Assembly: GCA_039191905.1 (NCBI GenBank)
Contig: JBCCXJ010000003.1
Span: 139,754 to 203,753, forward strand
DNA: 64,000 nt
Direction: 5' to 3'
DNA from: Bacteroidota bacterium
Lineage (GTDB): Bacteria > Bacteroidota > Bacteroidia > Flavobacteriales > Flavobacteriaceae
The translations under genes were made by a program, and so were the position numbers. The stretch's first letter is position 1. The number at the start of each line of letters is the position of its first letter. The notes under the pieces were generated by a model. That model was given only the letters and a program-made list of their open reading frames with translations. It was not told where the DNA came from and did no database searches. This document shows, piece by piece, positions 1 through 10,657 of the stretch.

Positions 1-294
1 ACTATCCTTCCAGGCATTTATGGTGAAAACCAAATAGCTAGAATCATAGGTGAAATGACCTTCCTTACCTCGATCATATTCCAACACAAACTTTCCTTTG
101 GCATCTTGAACCTTTAGAAAATGGTCCTTTTCCCCTTGCCATAAACTATACACAATGTGAGAGCCGTTTGGAGCAATAGCCTCATCTTGGACTGTATTCC
201 AAATATCATAATCACTATGGTCCAACACTTTTTTTTGTGCGAAGGAAAGAGCGGGGAGAGCCGCTATCAGGAATAGAAGAGCTTTTTTGAACAT
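1..294 (-). CDS. Secreted S9-family (prolyl oligopeptidase-like) peptidase, N-terminal part; runs off the window edge
   Basis: Read by hand: open frame from ATG at 294, MFKKALLFLIAALPALSFAQKKVLDHSDYDIWN. The signal peptide and 'KKxLDHxDYDxW' start are typical of Bacteroidota S9 peptidases. The catalytic domain is outside the window. Confidence 0.65.
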   Translation of the reverse strand, partial: MFKKALLFLIAALPALSFAQKKVLDHSDYDIWNTVQDEAIAPNGSHIVYSLWQGEKDHFLKVQDAKGKFVLEYDRGKEGHFTYDSSYLVFTINAWKDS

Positions 295-380
295 GGAAGG
301 TAAATTTTGCAGCGTAAATATAGGGTATACCTACTACTTTGTTACTTTCCTAAAAACATGTTGATGTAAATGAATACGTA

Positions 381-3300
381 CTATTTGTTTCGCGTGTCTT
401 TGTTCTTTCCAAGAGATATTTCATACTCATCTATATGTCCTTGAATCTTTAGATTTAGGTAACGTACTTTTTTATTGGGGTCTACTTCTATGATTTTTTC
501 CTCCTGCATAAGTGAATCTTGGTTTTTTTTATTGCCAAATAGCTTATAAATGGCAGCTTTTTTGACCGTTTTCCATGGAATACGCAAAAAATAGTCAATA
601 TTGTGTTCACTGTCATGTGTCCCGGAAAGTTCCATATGCCCTAATGTAGACTCAATCGTCATACGGGGTATGGTTATGCGGCCTTTGGTAATGTCCAGAT
701 GATTTTGAAGTGTATCAAATCGGATATTTTTAAGGTTTTTATCTCCCATATAATTGGATAACATGGACATGGGTTCGTAGTTTTCCAATCGTCCTTCCAA
801 CACTTTTACATCCATATGAATTTCTGATTGATTTAAGTCAGGAATCATATCTGGGTGTACCCTGATTTTTCCATCAATTTTGCTCGAAAGCCTCCCGTGC
901 AGATTTTCAGATATCAAATGATCTTGTCCAAAGTTTTCGAACTTAAAGAGCAGTTTATCAAGACTTACATTCTCTACGGTTAAGCTGGGTTTCAGGTAGA
1001 TGTTTTTTGGGTCGCTACCATTAAAATAGCCCGACATTTTAAATCTACCACCTGCCGCAAGCATGTTGAGGGTATCTATATACAGATAATGATTCTCTGT
1101 AGTGTGCAGGCTTGCGTCAATATTTTGTAAATCAATGCGGTGATAGATGAAATGGTCAACGTTCACATCAAATCGCATATCGGTAAAGGGCAGTTCATAC
1201 AAATTAAAAGCGTCTTCGTGTTTTACAATAGAATTACCATCAGTTTTGGGTGCAGCATGTAATGAAACAGGTGTACGGTCAACATTAAAGAGCTGGTCGT
1301 AATCAATATAATCAGCTTTTAGATTTAGGTAATTATCACGTTTTCTAATGGTTTTATCCTCTCCCAGATAATAGTTCAGATTCGCATCAAAAACGGTTTT
1401 TCCAATTTTACCATGAAAATCTTCAATTACCAGATGATTATCCTCATAGTGGAATCGACCTCTAAAATCTTCCATACGCATAGGATGAACATGCATTTTG
1501 GTGTTTAGTTTATCCAGGTCAACATCTATAGATTGCAAGGCCGAATCTTTATAATGCATACTCGTGTTCACATGCAAAATCAGTTTTTCAAACTCTTCAT
1601 GCCGATAATCCTCAGGCACATAGTTTTCTGCTTTGTAAGAAAAGACATTTTCAAGTCGAAGTAGGTCGGAAGTTAACGTAATGTCTAAACCTACATCACC
1701 GTTTAGCTCTTCCTGAAACCAAAAGCCATAATTATGGGCCAATCCGCTCAAATGGAAATCGGAATCATCAATAAAACCTGTAAAATCTACAATTTTAATA
1801 TCCGTATCATCAATTAGAAAATCCACATGAAAGTCATGCAATTCGTGTGGATAATGTTTTAGTTGGGCATGAAGGCTATCAACAAAAAACTCCCCTCTAG
1901 GCAGGTATTTTGATTCGGTAAAATCCTTGGCCGAAGCTTTAAAAGAGAATCCAGCACTCAAATCCGTAATTTGTTCGTCTAGACCTATGCTATCCTTTAC
2001 TGAGTAGCCTGTCAACTCTGCAAGATCTAGAAGATTGGATTCAATTTCCAAATGCGTTATCACAGGAATATCCGTATGATGAACTATTGAGGGAAGGTCA
2101 GAAATATATCCGGTAACGGATACATCGGATTTCCCCAATAACATGTTGAACTGATCTAATGTAGCTTCCTTGCCGTTCATGATGAGATGCATATCCAAAT
2201 CTTCCAAAGGAGCACGAAAATTGGAAGAGGAAATACTAAGATTCTCTACTTTTAGTTCACTAAAATAGGCACGGTTAAGATCAGTTAAAGCGAGTTCGGG
2301 ATGGTCCAAATCAACAATATCGTGAAAATTCATTTTCAAGGATATGTTCCCCGAGCTATTTTCTATGTTGTTTAGATTTAGGAAACGGGCCATAAATTCC
2401 AAGTCAAAATCTGCTTGAATTTGCATATCCACTTCGGGCTCTTCAAAATTTCGGACGACCACGGAACCGAGAAATTTTCCAGATTCCAGTTTAGCGGCCA
2501 TATCAGTTAAGGAGAACACCATGGTAAGTATGTTACGTTTTTCTCCGTTCGTAAAATGGCCCTTAAACCCCAATTCATTAATACGTTTCTTTTTTTCGGT
2601 ATTTTCTAAAAAAGCTTCGCTGGCCCCAAAATTCACATCGAAGAATGGCATTTGCCCATGAGACATAGGCCCTTGTACCACAGCATTAAAATAAATTTCG
2701 CCTTCATTTTTGTAGCGCTCCAAAATTGGGATAAGGTCTTCCGGCGCAAAGGCAATGAGCATATCAAAGTTTGGCTTTGTTCCATTTATGGAGAGATCAA
2801 TGGTCATATTTTTTTTGGTGTCCAGCGACCCTTCCAGATTAAAGTCACCATGCTCCATAGTGATTCCTGAAGGCTTAATGGTAAGCATTCCTGATTTTTC
2901 GTTGAAGGACAAATCCGTATGTACCTCAAAATGTTTGTGGTTGATGTAGGTGGTGTCCCCATCATCGATTACATTCAACTCAAATTCGGCATCAACATGC
3001 CCTGCAATGAATTCTTCCGTTTTTTTGAACCCACCTTTTGCAGAATAAATAAAGGTCTCTATATCCCTGTTAGTGGCTTCGTCCAATTGGTGAATGTCTA
3101 GATTACGTAGTTTTATTTTCTTTAGATGAATGTTTGTTGAAGTTTCTTCGGTTTCATGGGATGTGGTCAAGGCATTTTGCAGGTTTGTTGTATTATTCTC
3201 ACGCATCACAATGTTAAAAACCCCTTCTTTTATAAGAAGCGATTGAATATCATAGTTCCCATTTATGATATCCCAAATATTAAACCCTACGTACATGTTT

Positions 3301-3590
3301 TTTACATCTAAAATGGATGGAGCGCCATCCATTTTGGTTTCGTAGATGTTTACATTGTTTATTTTGATGGACACGTGGGGGAAATTGCCGAAAAGGGACA
3401 ATTGACTATTTCCTATGGTAATCAAGCCTTGATGTTCTTCATTTATGGAAGCAATTTGATTTTGAATGATATCATCCTGTTTGGCTTGAACATATAATAA
3501 AAGAATACTGATTAAAATAGAGGGGAGAAGAATAGAAAAGAAAATGACTCTTTTCCAGAACTTTCTTTTTTTTAATCGTGAAAACCTCAT
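381..3590 (-). CDS. AsmA-family (bridge-like lipid transfer) protein
   Basis: 1069 aa, single N-terminal TM anchor, repeated beta-groove-like segments, AsmA-like C-terminus (GTHDSEHNIDYFLRIPW). Confidence 0.75.
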   Translation of the reverse strand: MRFSRLKKRKFWKRVIFFSILLPSILISILLLYVQAKQDDIIQNQIASINEEHQGLITIGNSQLSLFGNFPHVSIKINNVNIYETKMDGAPSILDVKNMYVGFNIWDIINGNYDIQSLLIKEGVFNIVMRENNTTNLQNALTTSHETEETSTNIHLKKIKLRNLDIHQLDEATNRDIETFIYSAKGGFKKTEEFIAGHVDAEFELNVIDDGDTTYINHKHFEVHTDLSFNEKSGMLTIKPSGITMEHGDFNLEGSLDTKKNMTIDLSINGTKPNFDMLIAFAPEDLIPILERYKNEGEIYFNAVVQGPMSHGQMPFFDVNFGASEAFLENTEKKKRINELGFKGHFTNGEKRNILTMVFSLTDMAAKLESGKFLGSVVVRNFEEPEVDMQIQADFDLEFMARFLNLNNIENSSGNISLKMNFHDIVDLDHPELALTDLNRAYFSELKVENLSISSSNFRAPLEDLDMHLIMNGKEATLDQFNMLLGKSDVSVTGYISDLPSIVHHTDIPVITHLEIESNLLDLAELTGYSVKDSIGLDEQITDLSAGFSFKASAKDFTESKYLPRGEFFVDSLHAQLKHYPHELHDFHVDFLIDDTDIKIVDFTGFIDDSDFHLSGLAHNYGFWFQEELNGDVGLDITLTSDLLRLENVFSYKAENYVPEDYRHEEFEKLILHVNTSMHYKDSALQSIDVDLDKLNTKMHVHPMRMEDFRGRFHYEDNHLVIEDFHGKIGKTVFDANLNYYLGEDKTIRKRDNYLNLKADYIDYDQLFNVDRTPVSLHAAPKTDGNSIVKHEDAFNLYELPFTDMRFDVNVDHFIYHRIDLQNIDASLHTTENHYLYIDTLNMLAAGGRFKMSGYFNGSDPKNIYLKPSLTVENVSLDKLLFKFENFGQDHLISENLHGRLSSKIDGKIRVHPDMIPDLNQSEIHMDVKVLEGRLENYEPMSMLSNYMGDKNLKNIRFDTLQNHLDITKGRITIPRMTIESTLGHMELSGTHDSEHNIDYFLRIPWKTVKKAAIYKLFGNKKNQDSLMQEEKIIEVDPNKKVRYLNLKIQGHIDEYEISLGKNKDTRNK

Positions 3591-3778
3591 GGCTTATGAG
3601 TTGTTGTTTATGGATTTTCTAGACATATAAATTTCCAACATTTTGTGCGTAGTATCAGAATCAAATTGATGAATCCTAAGTGCTAATTTATGTATTACAC
3701 TCTTTTCGGGATTTTATTTTCTTTCGATATGAAAATAGTATACTTAAATAACGCTATTTTTGCCAAAAATTATGACTG

Positions 3779-4621
3779 ATGGCGAAATCAGACTTTAACA
3801 GAGGGGGTAAAAGACCGTCCCGTACTTCAAGAAAGGGTTTGCAAGGTAAATCAGCTTCAAGAAAACCAAATCATTCCACCGGACAGCGAAAGGTAAACTC
3901 ATCCAATCCAGATGAAATTCGGTTGAATAGATATATTGCCAATGCGGGGATTTGTTCTAGGCGGGAAGCAGATACCTACATCGCAGCTGGGAATGTAACC
4001 GTAAATGGAAAAGTAGTCACAGAGATGGGCTACAAAGTAAAGCGCTCAGATGATGTCCGTTTTGATGGCCGCAAGCTCAACCCTGAAAAGAAAGAGTACA
4101 TTCTTCTTAATAAACCTAAGAATTTTATCACCACTACAAATGATGAAAAAGGAAGACGGACGGTTATGGAACTGGTTTCCAGTGCTTCAAATGCACGGTT
4201 ACTGCCCGTTGGACGGTTGGATAGAAATACAACGGGTCTTCTTTTGTTTACTAATGATGGTGATTTAACCACCAAGCTTACGCACCCTAGACATGGTGTT
4301 CGAAAAATGTACCAGGTAACTTTGGACAACAATTTGAGCATGTCCGACTTACATAAAATTCAAGAAGGCTTAGAACTGGAAGATGGTCCTATTCAAGTGG
4401 ATGATGTAAGTTATATTCAAGGAGCTCCCAAAAAGGAAATTGGTATTGTTCTTCATAGTGGGCGCAATCGGATTGTGCGTAGAATATTTGAACATTTAGG
4501 GTACCAAGTCATCAAGTTGGATCGTGTAGTGTTAGCAAGATTGACCAAAAAGGATTTGCCACGAGGTCATTGGCGTCACTTGACGGAGCAAGAGATTATC
4601 AACTTAAAGATGATCAAGTAA
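3779..4621 (+). CDS. rluB: rRNA pseudouridine synthase, RsuA/RluB family with S4 domain
   Basis: S4 motif RLNRYIANAGICSRREAD; catalytic GRLD; GRNRIVRR. Confidence 0.85.
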   Translation: MAKSDFNRGGKRPSRTSRKGLQGKSASRKPNHSTGQRKVNSSNPDEIRLNRYIANAGICSRREADTYIAAGNVTVNGKVVTEMGYKVKRSDDVRFDGRKLNPEKKEYILLNKPKNFITTTNDEKGRRTVMELVSSASNARLLPVGRLDRNTTGLLLFTNDGDLTTKLTHPRHGVRKMYQVTLDNNLSMSDLHKIQEGLELEDGPIQVDDVSYIQGAPKKEIGIVLHSGRNRIVRRIFEHLGYQVIKLDRVVLARLTKKDLPRGHWRHLTEQEIINLKMIK

Positions 4622-4630
4622 GGGCATATG

Positions 4631-5440
4631 CTATGTTGTGCTAGGATACCCTAAAATATAATATCCTGCCTTTTTGCCATTTTCTTTTTTTGCGTCGGCT
4701 ATTTCCCATGCATAATTTGTGTTTGTTCTATTTCCGAGGAGTTCTTTAACATCTTCAAAGGTATAGGTTCTCATAAGGGAAGCTTGTCCATCCCAAGCAT
4801 AAATCAATGGGATTACAGGAAGTATGTAGGTAAAGAATAGTTGTTGGAAGGTCAGCGGCTTTACAAAAGGAGTCATGCATAAGGACATGAGTATTAAAAT
4901 GAAAAGGGAAATAGGAAGCATCAACCACCAAAGTAAAACGGGTACGTTATTTTGAGCAATTTCATAAATTAACAAGGGCTCTCCACTTTTTTCGGCCTTT
5001 TCCAAAATCTGTTTGGCTACATGGGGCCTCATATGATGAAAACTGGCAATCATGGTTTTTAAGCCTTTAGGAGCCTCATCCAATTTTTGGGCATCTAAAG
5101 GTTGTGGATAATATGAAACATTGGAAAGGTTAAGTGCGTCAATATCTGCTATAGTTTTTGAATTGGGATATAGGTCTGTCAATAAAAGAGAGAACTGGTA
5201 GTCTTTTTCATCTGTATTTATTTTCTTCAGGGTCTCAATCATGGGGCCTCCAGAACCAGAACCCAAATCTACTATTTGATTAAAATGTACTTTTTCCCGA
5301 ACGCTCAGAACTAAGCCAGCCAAAACTCCAGAAGTACCTACCAGACCGTGAAGAATTTTAATAAGGTTAGTAACTCCTGAACGTAAGTTGTTAGGTAACC
5401 AATTGAAATCTTCAAATTCAAAAAGTTGTAATCTCTTCAT
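4631..5440 (-). CDS. Class I SAM-dependent methyltransferase-like protein
   Basis: VDLGSGSGGP glycine motif, LTDLYP, SFHH; hydrophobic segment near the C-terminal third. Confidence 0.6.
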   Translation of the reverse strand: MKRLQLFEFEDFNWLPNNLRSGVTNLIKILHGLVGTSGVLAGLVLSVREKVHFNQIVDLGSGSGGPMIETLKKINTDEKDYQFSLLLTDLYPNSKTIADIDALNLSNVSYYPQPLDAQKLDEAPKGLKTMIASFHHMRPHVAKQILEKAEKSGEPLLIYEIAQNNVPVLLWWLMLPISLFILILMSLCMTPFVKPLTFQQLFFTYILPVIPLIYAWDGQASLMRTYTFEDVKELLGNRTNTNYAWEIADAKKENGKKAGYYILGYPSTT

Positions 5441-5580
5441 TTATTGCCATATTTAACTTGAAGAAAAAAAATCATTAATCATTACAAAACTGATAAATTC
5501 TTTACAAAAAATACATACGAACTGGTAAATGCACCTTTTAGATTGATGTTTGCTACTAAAAAATCCCTTAATCTGTTTTT

Positions 5581-6747
5581 TTACATAATATTTTGAGTTA
5601 AGTCCTTACAAAAACTATCAATACGAGACTTGGTAATATGTTGCATCACAACAACATGGGCCATATCCCCTTGGGTGGCCAATTGATATTTTCGGACAAG
5701 GCTTGGAATCGGTTTTTTAAAGGTAACTATGATTTGGTTAGGAAAATGGAAGACATCCGGATAGTTCATATCCTTTAGCTTTTGGGTTAGGTATTTGGCA
5801 TTTTCAATGCATTGCATACCTTCTTTTCGAAAACCCTGAACTCCTTTTTTCTGAAAAATATACCACAAATTCAGGGCTAAAAAACCATTCCGTGACCCGC
5901 TTATTGTGGTATCTTTAGTTCCCACATAAGGCACCCAATTATCACCGAAAGCAATGTCATGTATTTTTTTCTGACTTAAAACTATGCCACAAGGATGTAT
6001 GGCTCCGGGAAACTTATGCCCGGAAATTGCAATACTGTTCACTCCATTGGTAAATAAAGACTCAGCAGTATCCAAAAAGGGGTAAATAAAACCCATAAGG
6101 GCCGCATCTGCATGGATAAAAACCCGGTCTTCTGGAATATTTAGCGCGCGAATTACTGAATTGACTTCTTGTAAGGAATCCATTGCTCCAGTCATTGTGG
6201 TCCCTAAATTTAGATTCACGATAAGACCATCCTTTTCATCAATAGTCTTCAACTGTTCTGCTAAATCTTTGTAATCCATTTCACCACTTGCCTGGGCTGA
6301 AATTTGAAGAGCTTTTATCCCTAATAAATGTGCATTTTTTGGAATGGAGTAATGACTGGAAGCCGAAAATAAAAAGATTGGATTTTTCCCTTGATTAACT
6401 AGGTAATCCCGACCTGTATACATGCCATAGAGGTTACCTTCTGTCCCTCCACTAGTAATGTAGCCCCAATAATTATCTTGAATACCGTATAGGTGAGCTA
6501 CAAAATCCAATGCCTCTTGTTCAAATTCTTTGGTATGCATTTTAGCATTTCCATGAACCCAGGGATCCCCAGCATTATTCAGATGCAATTTGGCCAAACT
6601 ACTGATACCCAAAATAGAAAGATCGTTGTTTTCCGGAACTTCTGGATAACCGAAGTAGGTAGTAGAATTCTTGATTTGTTCCGCCAAAAAATAAGATAGC
6701 CGGATTTCTGCTTCAGCCAATCGTTCCAAATCCTCCGAATGGTTCAT
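5581..6747 (-). CDS. Group II PLP-dependent decarboxylase (histidine/serine decarboxylase-like)
   Basis: LNNAGDP, WGYITSGGTEGN, HYSI, HADAA, SGHK (PLP lysine), TISGSRNG. Likely start ATG 6747 (MNHSED); the ORF track extends to 6819. Confidence 0.85.
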   Translation of the reverse strand: MNHSEDLERLAEAEIRLSYFLAEQIKNSTTYFGYPEVPENNDLSILGISSLAKLHLNNAGDPWVHGNAKMHTKEFEQEALDFVAHLYGIQDNYWGYITSGGTEGNLYGMYTGRDYLVNQGKNPIFLFSASSHYSIPKNAHLLGIKALQISAQASGEMDYKDLAEQLKTIDEKDGLIVNLNLGTTMTGAMDSLQEVNSVIRALNIPEDRVFIHADAALMGFIYPFLDTAESLFTNGVNSIAISGHKFPGAIHPCGIVLSQKKIHDIAFGDNWVPYVGTKDTTISGSRNGFLALNLWYIFQKKGVQGFRKEGMQCIENAKYLTQKLKDMNYPDVFHFPNQIIVTFKKPIPSLVRKYQLATQGDMAHVVVMQHITKSRIDSFCKDLTQNIM

Positions 6748-6873
6748 ATAGTATGGGTTTTGTAACGGCAAGGTAATAGATTGTTGTAAATGCAACAAAC
6801 ATAAATGACTTCTATCCATTCAAAAAAAGATAGGAGCAAAGTTCAGAATTGCTTTAGCAATACCTTGCGGAAT

Positions 6874-8544
6874 TTAGGAGGAGCTGTTTTCTTCTTTTAA
6901 CTTTTCCCGTAAGTAGACAAAACTGTTCTCAATGCTTTGGAAAACATCTTCCTCCGGGACAAGGTCTGGAATAATATCTACAGCCTTGAGCATATCAGAG
7001 GGTTGTTCTTTAAGTCCAATTAGAATAACCTCGATATCTTGCTCTCTCAAATCGAAAATAATGCCTTCCAAGGTGTATAAACCGGATTGATCAATATAGG
7101 GAACCCTATCCATCCTTAAAATAATTGCAGTAACATCATCTGGTAGTTGACTGATTTGATCCTTAAAGTAGGAGGTAAAACCAAAGAATAATGGACCATA
7201 TAAATGCTTGATAATGACTTTATCCTTGTATTGTTCGTAAAACTGCTTCTCATCCTGCCACGGTTTTGAACCGTCCATATCCGAAATACTACCCACTTCC
7301 ATACCTTTTTCACTGATATCCCCAGACTTTTTCATAAATAACAAACAGGCAAGAGTTACACCCAGCCCTACCGCATAAATCAAGCTTCCAAAAGTGGTAA
7401 TGAGTAAAACTAGAACCAGAACAATTGCATCAGCCCTCGGAACCTTGGCAAGGTGTTTCAAACCTTTAAAATCGACAATTTTAAAACCTATTGGAATTAA
7501 GAGGCCTGCCAATACGCATAATGGAATATGGGCTGCTAATTGTCCTAAACCTAAAAGAACGGCGAGAAGAAAAACTCCGTGTAGAATTCCGGATAATCGT
7601 GTTCTGCCACCTGCATTAATGTTTACTACTGTTCCCTTAGTCGCACCAGCTCCAGGAATCCCACCAATAGCAGCAGCCAACATATTGCCAATACCTTGAC
7701 CGATCAACTCTCGATTACTATTGTGTTTGGTTTTGGTGATGTTGTCCGCAATTACCGAAGTTAACAAGGAATCAATACTTCCCAGAACCGCCAATACAAC
7801 GCCATATTCCAAAATGGTGGAATATGCTGCAGAATCTATCGTGAGGATTCCTCCAAGTTGAAAAGTAGGCAGTCCTGATGGTATTTCACCAATTACAGGG
7901 ACATCCATTTTAGCAAAATACGCAATAAGCGTTGCCACAACCATGGCAACCAATGCACTGGGGATGGCTTTGGTTATCTTGGGAAAAAGAAAGTAAATAG
8001 CAATGGTTGCTCCTCCTAAAATTAGGGCAGAGACATTAGCTTCAGTAAAAAGACTCGGAAAGTTCTGTATTACGGTTACAGTGGATTTTGCCGAATCCAG
8101 TCCAGCGAAAGGAAAGAGTTGTAAAATTACTATGATTAAACCCACACCACTCATAAAGCCGGACACCACAGGATACGGAAAGTACTTCACGTAGCTTGCA
8201 ATATTCATGAATCCAAAAATGACTTGGAACAGCCCTCCCATCAAAAATGTGGCTAAAATTATGGGCAGTGCATTTTCTAGGCTTCCAGTCATTTCTATAG
8301 CTGCTGCTACCAAAGCGGCAGATACTACGGTCATAGGTCCGGTCGGGCCACTGGCTTGGGTTTCGGTTCCACCAAATAGAGCAGCAAAGATACCTACGGC
8401 AATAGCTCCGTAAAGTCCTGCCGTTGCTCCCATGCCAGATTGAACTCCGAAGGCAAGTGCAAGAGGTAAGGCTACTACACCGGCGACTAAACCTCCTGTG
8501 AAATCACCTTTAAAATTCTTGAAGTTGTAAATTTTGGAAAACAT
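6874..8544 (-). CDS. SulP/SLC26 anion (bicarbonate/sulfate) transporter with STAS domain
   Basis: GLVAGVVALPLALAFG, SGPTGPM, NRELIGQGIGN, C-terminal STAS (GPLFFG, VPYIDQSG). Confidence 0.92.
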   Translation of the reverse strand: MFSKIYNFKNFKGDFTGGLVAGVVALPLALAFGVQSGMGATAGLYGAIAVGIFAALFGGTETQASGPTGPMTVVSAALVAAAIEMTGSLENALPIILATFLMGGLFQVIFGFMNIASYVKYFPYPVVSGFMSGVGLIIVILQLFPFAGLDSAKSTVTVIQNFPSLFTEANVSALILGGATIAIYFLFPKITKAIPSALVAMVVATLIAYFAKMDVPVIGEIPSGLPTFQLGGILTIDSAAYSTILEYGVVLAVLGSIDSLLTSVIADNITKTKHNSNRELIGQGIGNMLAAAIGGIPGAGATKGTVVNINAGGRTRLSGILHGVFLLAVLLGLGQLAAHIPLCVLAGLLIPIGFKIVDFKGLKHLAKVPRADAIVLVLVLLITTFGSLIYAVGLGVTLACLLFMKKSGDISEKGMEVGSISDMDGSKPWQDEKQFYEQYKDKVIIKHLYGPLFFGFTSYFKDQISQLPDDVTAIILRMDRVPYIDQSGLYTLEGIIFDLREQDIEVILIGLKEQPSDMLKAVDIIPDLVPEEDVFQSIENSFVYLREKLKEENSSS

Positions 8545-8585
8545 GGTTTTTAAGTAAAAGTAAGTAATGGTTTCTAATTAGATGG

Positions 8586-9071
8586 TTACGCATTGGCTGC
8601 CCCTTTTATCGGAATCCAAATCTCTTCTTCGGATTCTGGGTCATTGTTTTTATAGTTTGGCCCCAACACTTCAAAATGCGGTCTATCATCCAAAACATAA
8701 TTCGACTTTGGCAACCATTCGGTGTAAATATATTGGAATATGGAATTATCTGAACATGATCCCTTATAATCAAAAACAGCATAAAGCCCTCCTTCTAATT
8801 CGAATGCCTTCATTCCTTCGGGAATATGGTTAAAACTCTCAACTTCTATAGTGGCCCACTTATCAAACTCAAGTTTTGGATTAAATGCATGAAAGTATGA
8901 AGAAGGATAAACCTGCAAAGAAATTCTATCTTGGGACGTACGGTTTTTTACTTCGCCCATTCTTGGACCAAATGTTCCCCAGAGCTGTCCTGTTTTGTTA
9001 TTCAAAACACTCATAGGTAAAGAAACCCCTAACAGCTTTTTTTTGGATAACTTTTCAATTCTTGGTGTCAT
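8586..9071 (-). CDS. GyrI-like small-molecule-binding protein
   Basis: GGLYAVFDYKG, IYTEWLP, RPHFE, EEEIWIPI. Confidence 0.85.
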   Translation of the reverse strand: MTPRIEKLSKKKLLGVSLPMSVLNNKTGQLWGTFGPRMGEVKNRTSQDRISLQVYPSSYFHAFNPKLEFDKWATIEVESFNHIPEGMKAFELEGGLYAVFDYKGSCSDNSIFQYIYTEWLPKSNYVLDDRPHFEVLGPNYKNNDPESEEEIWIPIKGAANA

Positions 9072-9077
9072 TGCCTA

Positions 9078-9599
9078 TTAGTTTTCTTCTGATTTTAGAT
9101 GGATGTGAAGCATCAAATAAAACGCATTTAAGCTCTTGGTGATACCTTCTAGATAGGATTTATACTTCCGAATGGCTTTTCCTTTTTTGAAGTAAGGTGC
9201 TCCATTGCTGAGGTCGAATTCCTTCCAGCCCATATCGTATTTGCTATTCAGTTTTAACCGAATTCCAATAGGTTCAAAGGTAAACTGCTCTTTTCCAAAG
9301 CTTAGGTTGACTATATAATTCGCATTGTAGTATCGTTTGTCAAGGTTTGTGGCATTTCCTTTTAAGAATGAAATATGAATTGAAGCATTTTCTACCGTAT
9401 GATCAATCGTAAGATTATGGGTTTCTGAATTTTCTTTGATCCAGCTCAAGGTTTTACTGTACAATTCTTTAACTGTGAAGTCACCCATCTTTGAAGATAC
9501 AGATTCAGGGGTCATTCCGGCTTCTGTAATGCTAAATTCAACCTGGCCAAAACCTAAAGTTGTACTTAGTATGCATATATATAAGATAAGTTTTCTCAT
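9078..9599 (-). CDS. Secreted hypothetical protein (DUF4468-like)
   Basis: Signal peptide MRKLILYICILSTTLGFGQ; 'ELYSKTLSWIKE' resembles the DUF4468 N-terminus. Confidence 0.5.
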   Translation of the reverse strand: MRKLILYICILSTTLGFGQVEFSITEAGMTPESVSSKMGDFTVKELYSKTLSWIKENSETHNLTIDHTVENASIHISFLKGNATNLDKRYYNANYIVNLSFGKEQFTFEPIGIRLKLNSKYDMGWKEFDLSNGAPYFKKGKAIRKYKSYLEGITKSLNAFYLMLHIHLKSEEN

Positions 9600-9656
9600 T
9601 ATTTCTGTGCAATGCCTTTCCAATTATATAGTACGAGCTTTAAGTTTTTACTTGTA

Positions 9657-10607
9657 CTACTTGATGATTTGATTTAAAATGGAATAAAACTCTTCTGGTT
9701 TTTCATACATAGGGAAATGTCCACTTTCATTTATCCAGTTTATGTGGACTTGAGGGAAATCTATCTTCAATTCATAGGAAAAAAACCCAACTACATCTTG
9801 TCTTCCAGTAATCACCTCAATTTTTCCTTTAAAATTTTTTAATGATTCGGAAACGTCAAATTCTCGGAAAACACTTTTCATCAAAATTGAGGAACATTCT
9901 CCATAATGAGGAACACTTACTTTTTGAAAAATAGAATCCGGTATTGGATTAGCAAAGATATACGCCCTTCTTCTCAATTTTCTGGATTCAGTTATTTGAA
10001 GTGAGTCTGCTTGATTAGCATCTATCAATTCGTATAACTTCTTCAGCCTTTCCTCTTCCTGAAAACTTCTTGTATGCTTTCTATTTGAAGCCAAAATCTC
10101 AAATCCCCGCTTCACATCTTTATGAGGTCCTGGAGCAACCAGAATTAAGGTTTTTACCTTCTCTGGGAATTTGGCGGCTAAATTTAAACCAAGCATACCA
10201 CCCCAAGAATGTCCTATTATGTGGGAACTATCAAGTTCTAAATGTTCCAAAAGTGTTTTCAAATCTTTAGTAACCAAGCTAAGGTTGATAGTGGTCGAAT
10301 CGATTACGTTAGGGATTGATTTCCCAGTTCCTCTTTGCTCCAAGAGTATCGGTCTGAACTTTAAGCTTAACTTTTTTGCCACTTCTTCAAGTTGGAGATA
10401 CGAATTCCCAGGTCCACCTGTCAGAATTAGTATGGGTTCTGCCTTTTTTTTGCCATATTCATGAAAATATAGATGCCCATTTTCATAAGGAATTGAGTCA
10501 GTTATCTGGGAATAACTCTTCCCATATACAATAAGAAGAATGAGGACAAAAAACGAACCTACACTCCGGTAAAGGTAATTTTGGACTATCTCTTTAATGC
10601 TTTGCAT
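9657..10607 (-). CDS. Alpha/beta hydrolase, proline iminopeptidase-like
   Basis: GGPG, EQRGTG, GHSWGG nucleophile elbow, C-terminal SGHFP. Confidence 0.85.
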   Translation of the reverse strand: MQSIKEIVQNYLYRSVGSFFVLILLIVYGKSYSQITDSIPYENGHLYFHEYGKKKAEPILILTGGPGNSYLQLEEVAKKLSLKFRPILLEQRGTGKSIPNVIDSTTINLSLVTKDLKTLLEHLELDSSHIIGHSWGGMLGLNLAAKFPEKVKTLILVAPGPHKDVKRGFEILASNRKHTRSFQEEERLKKLYELIDANQADSLQITESRKLRRRAYIFANPIPDSIFQKVSVPHYGECSSILMKSVFREFDVSESLKNFKGKIEVITGRQDVVGFFSYELKIDFPQVHINWINESGHFPMYEKPEEFYSILNQIIK

Positions 10608-10657
10608 CTGTATGATTGGTAGTTTTGAATTTATAACCTCTTCTTTTTTGAAGCCAG

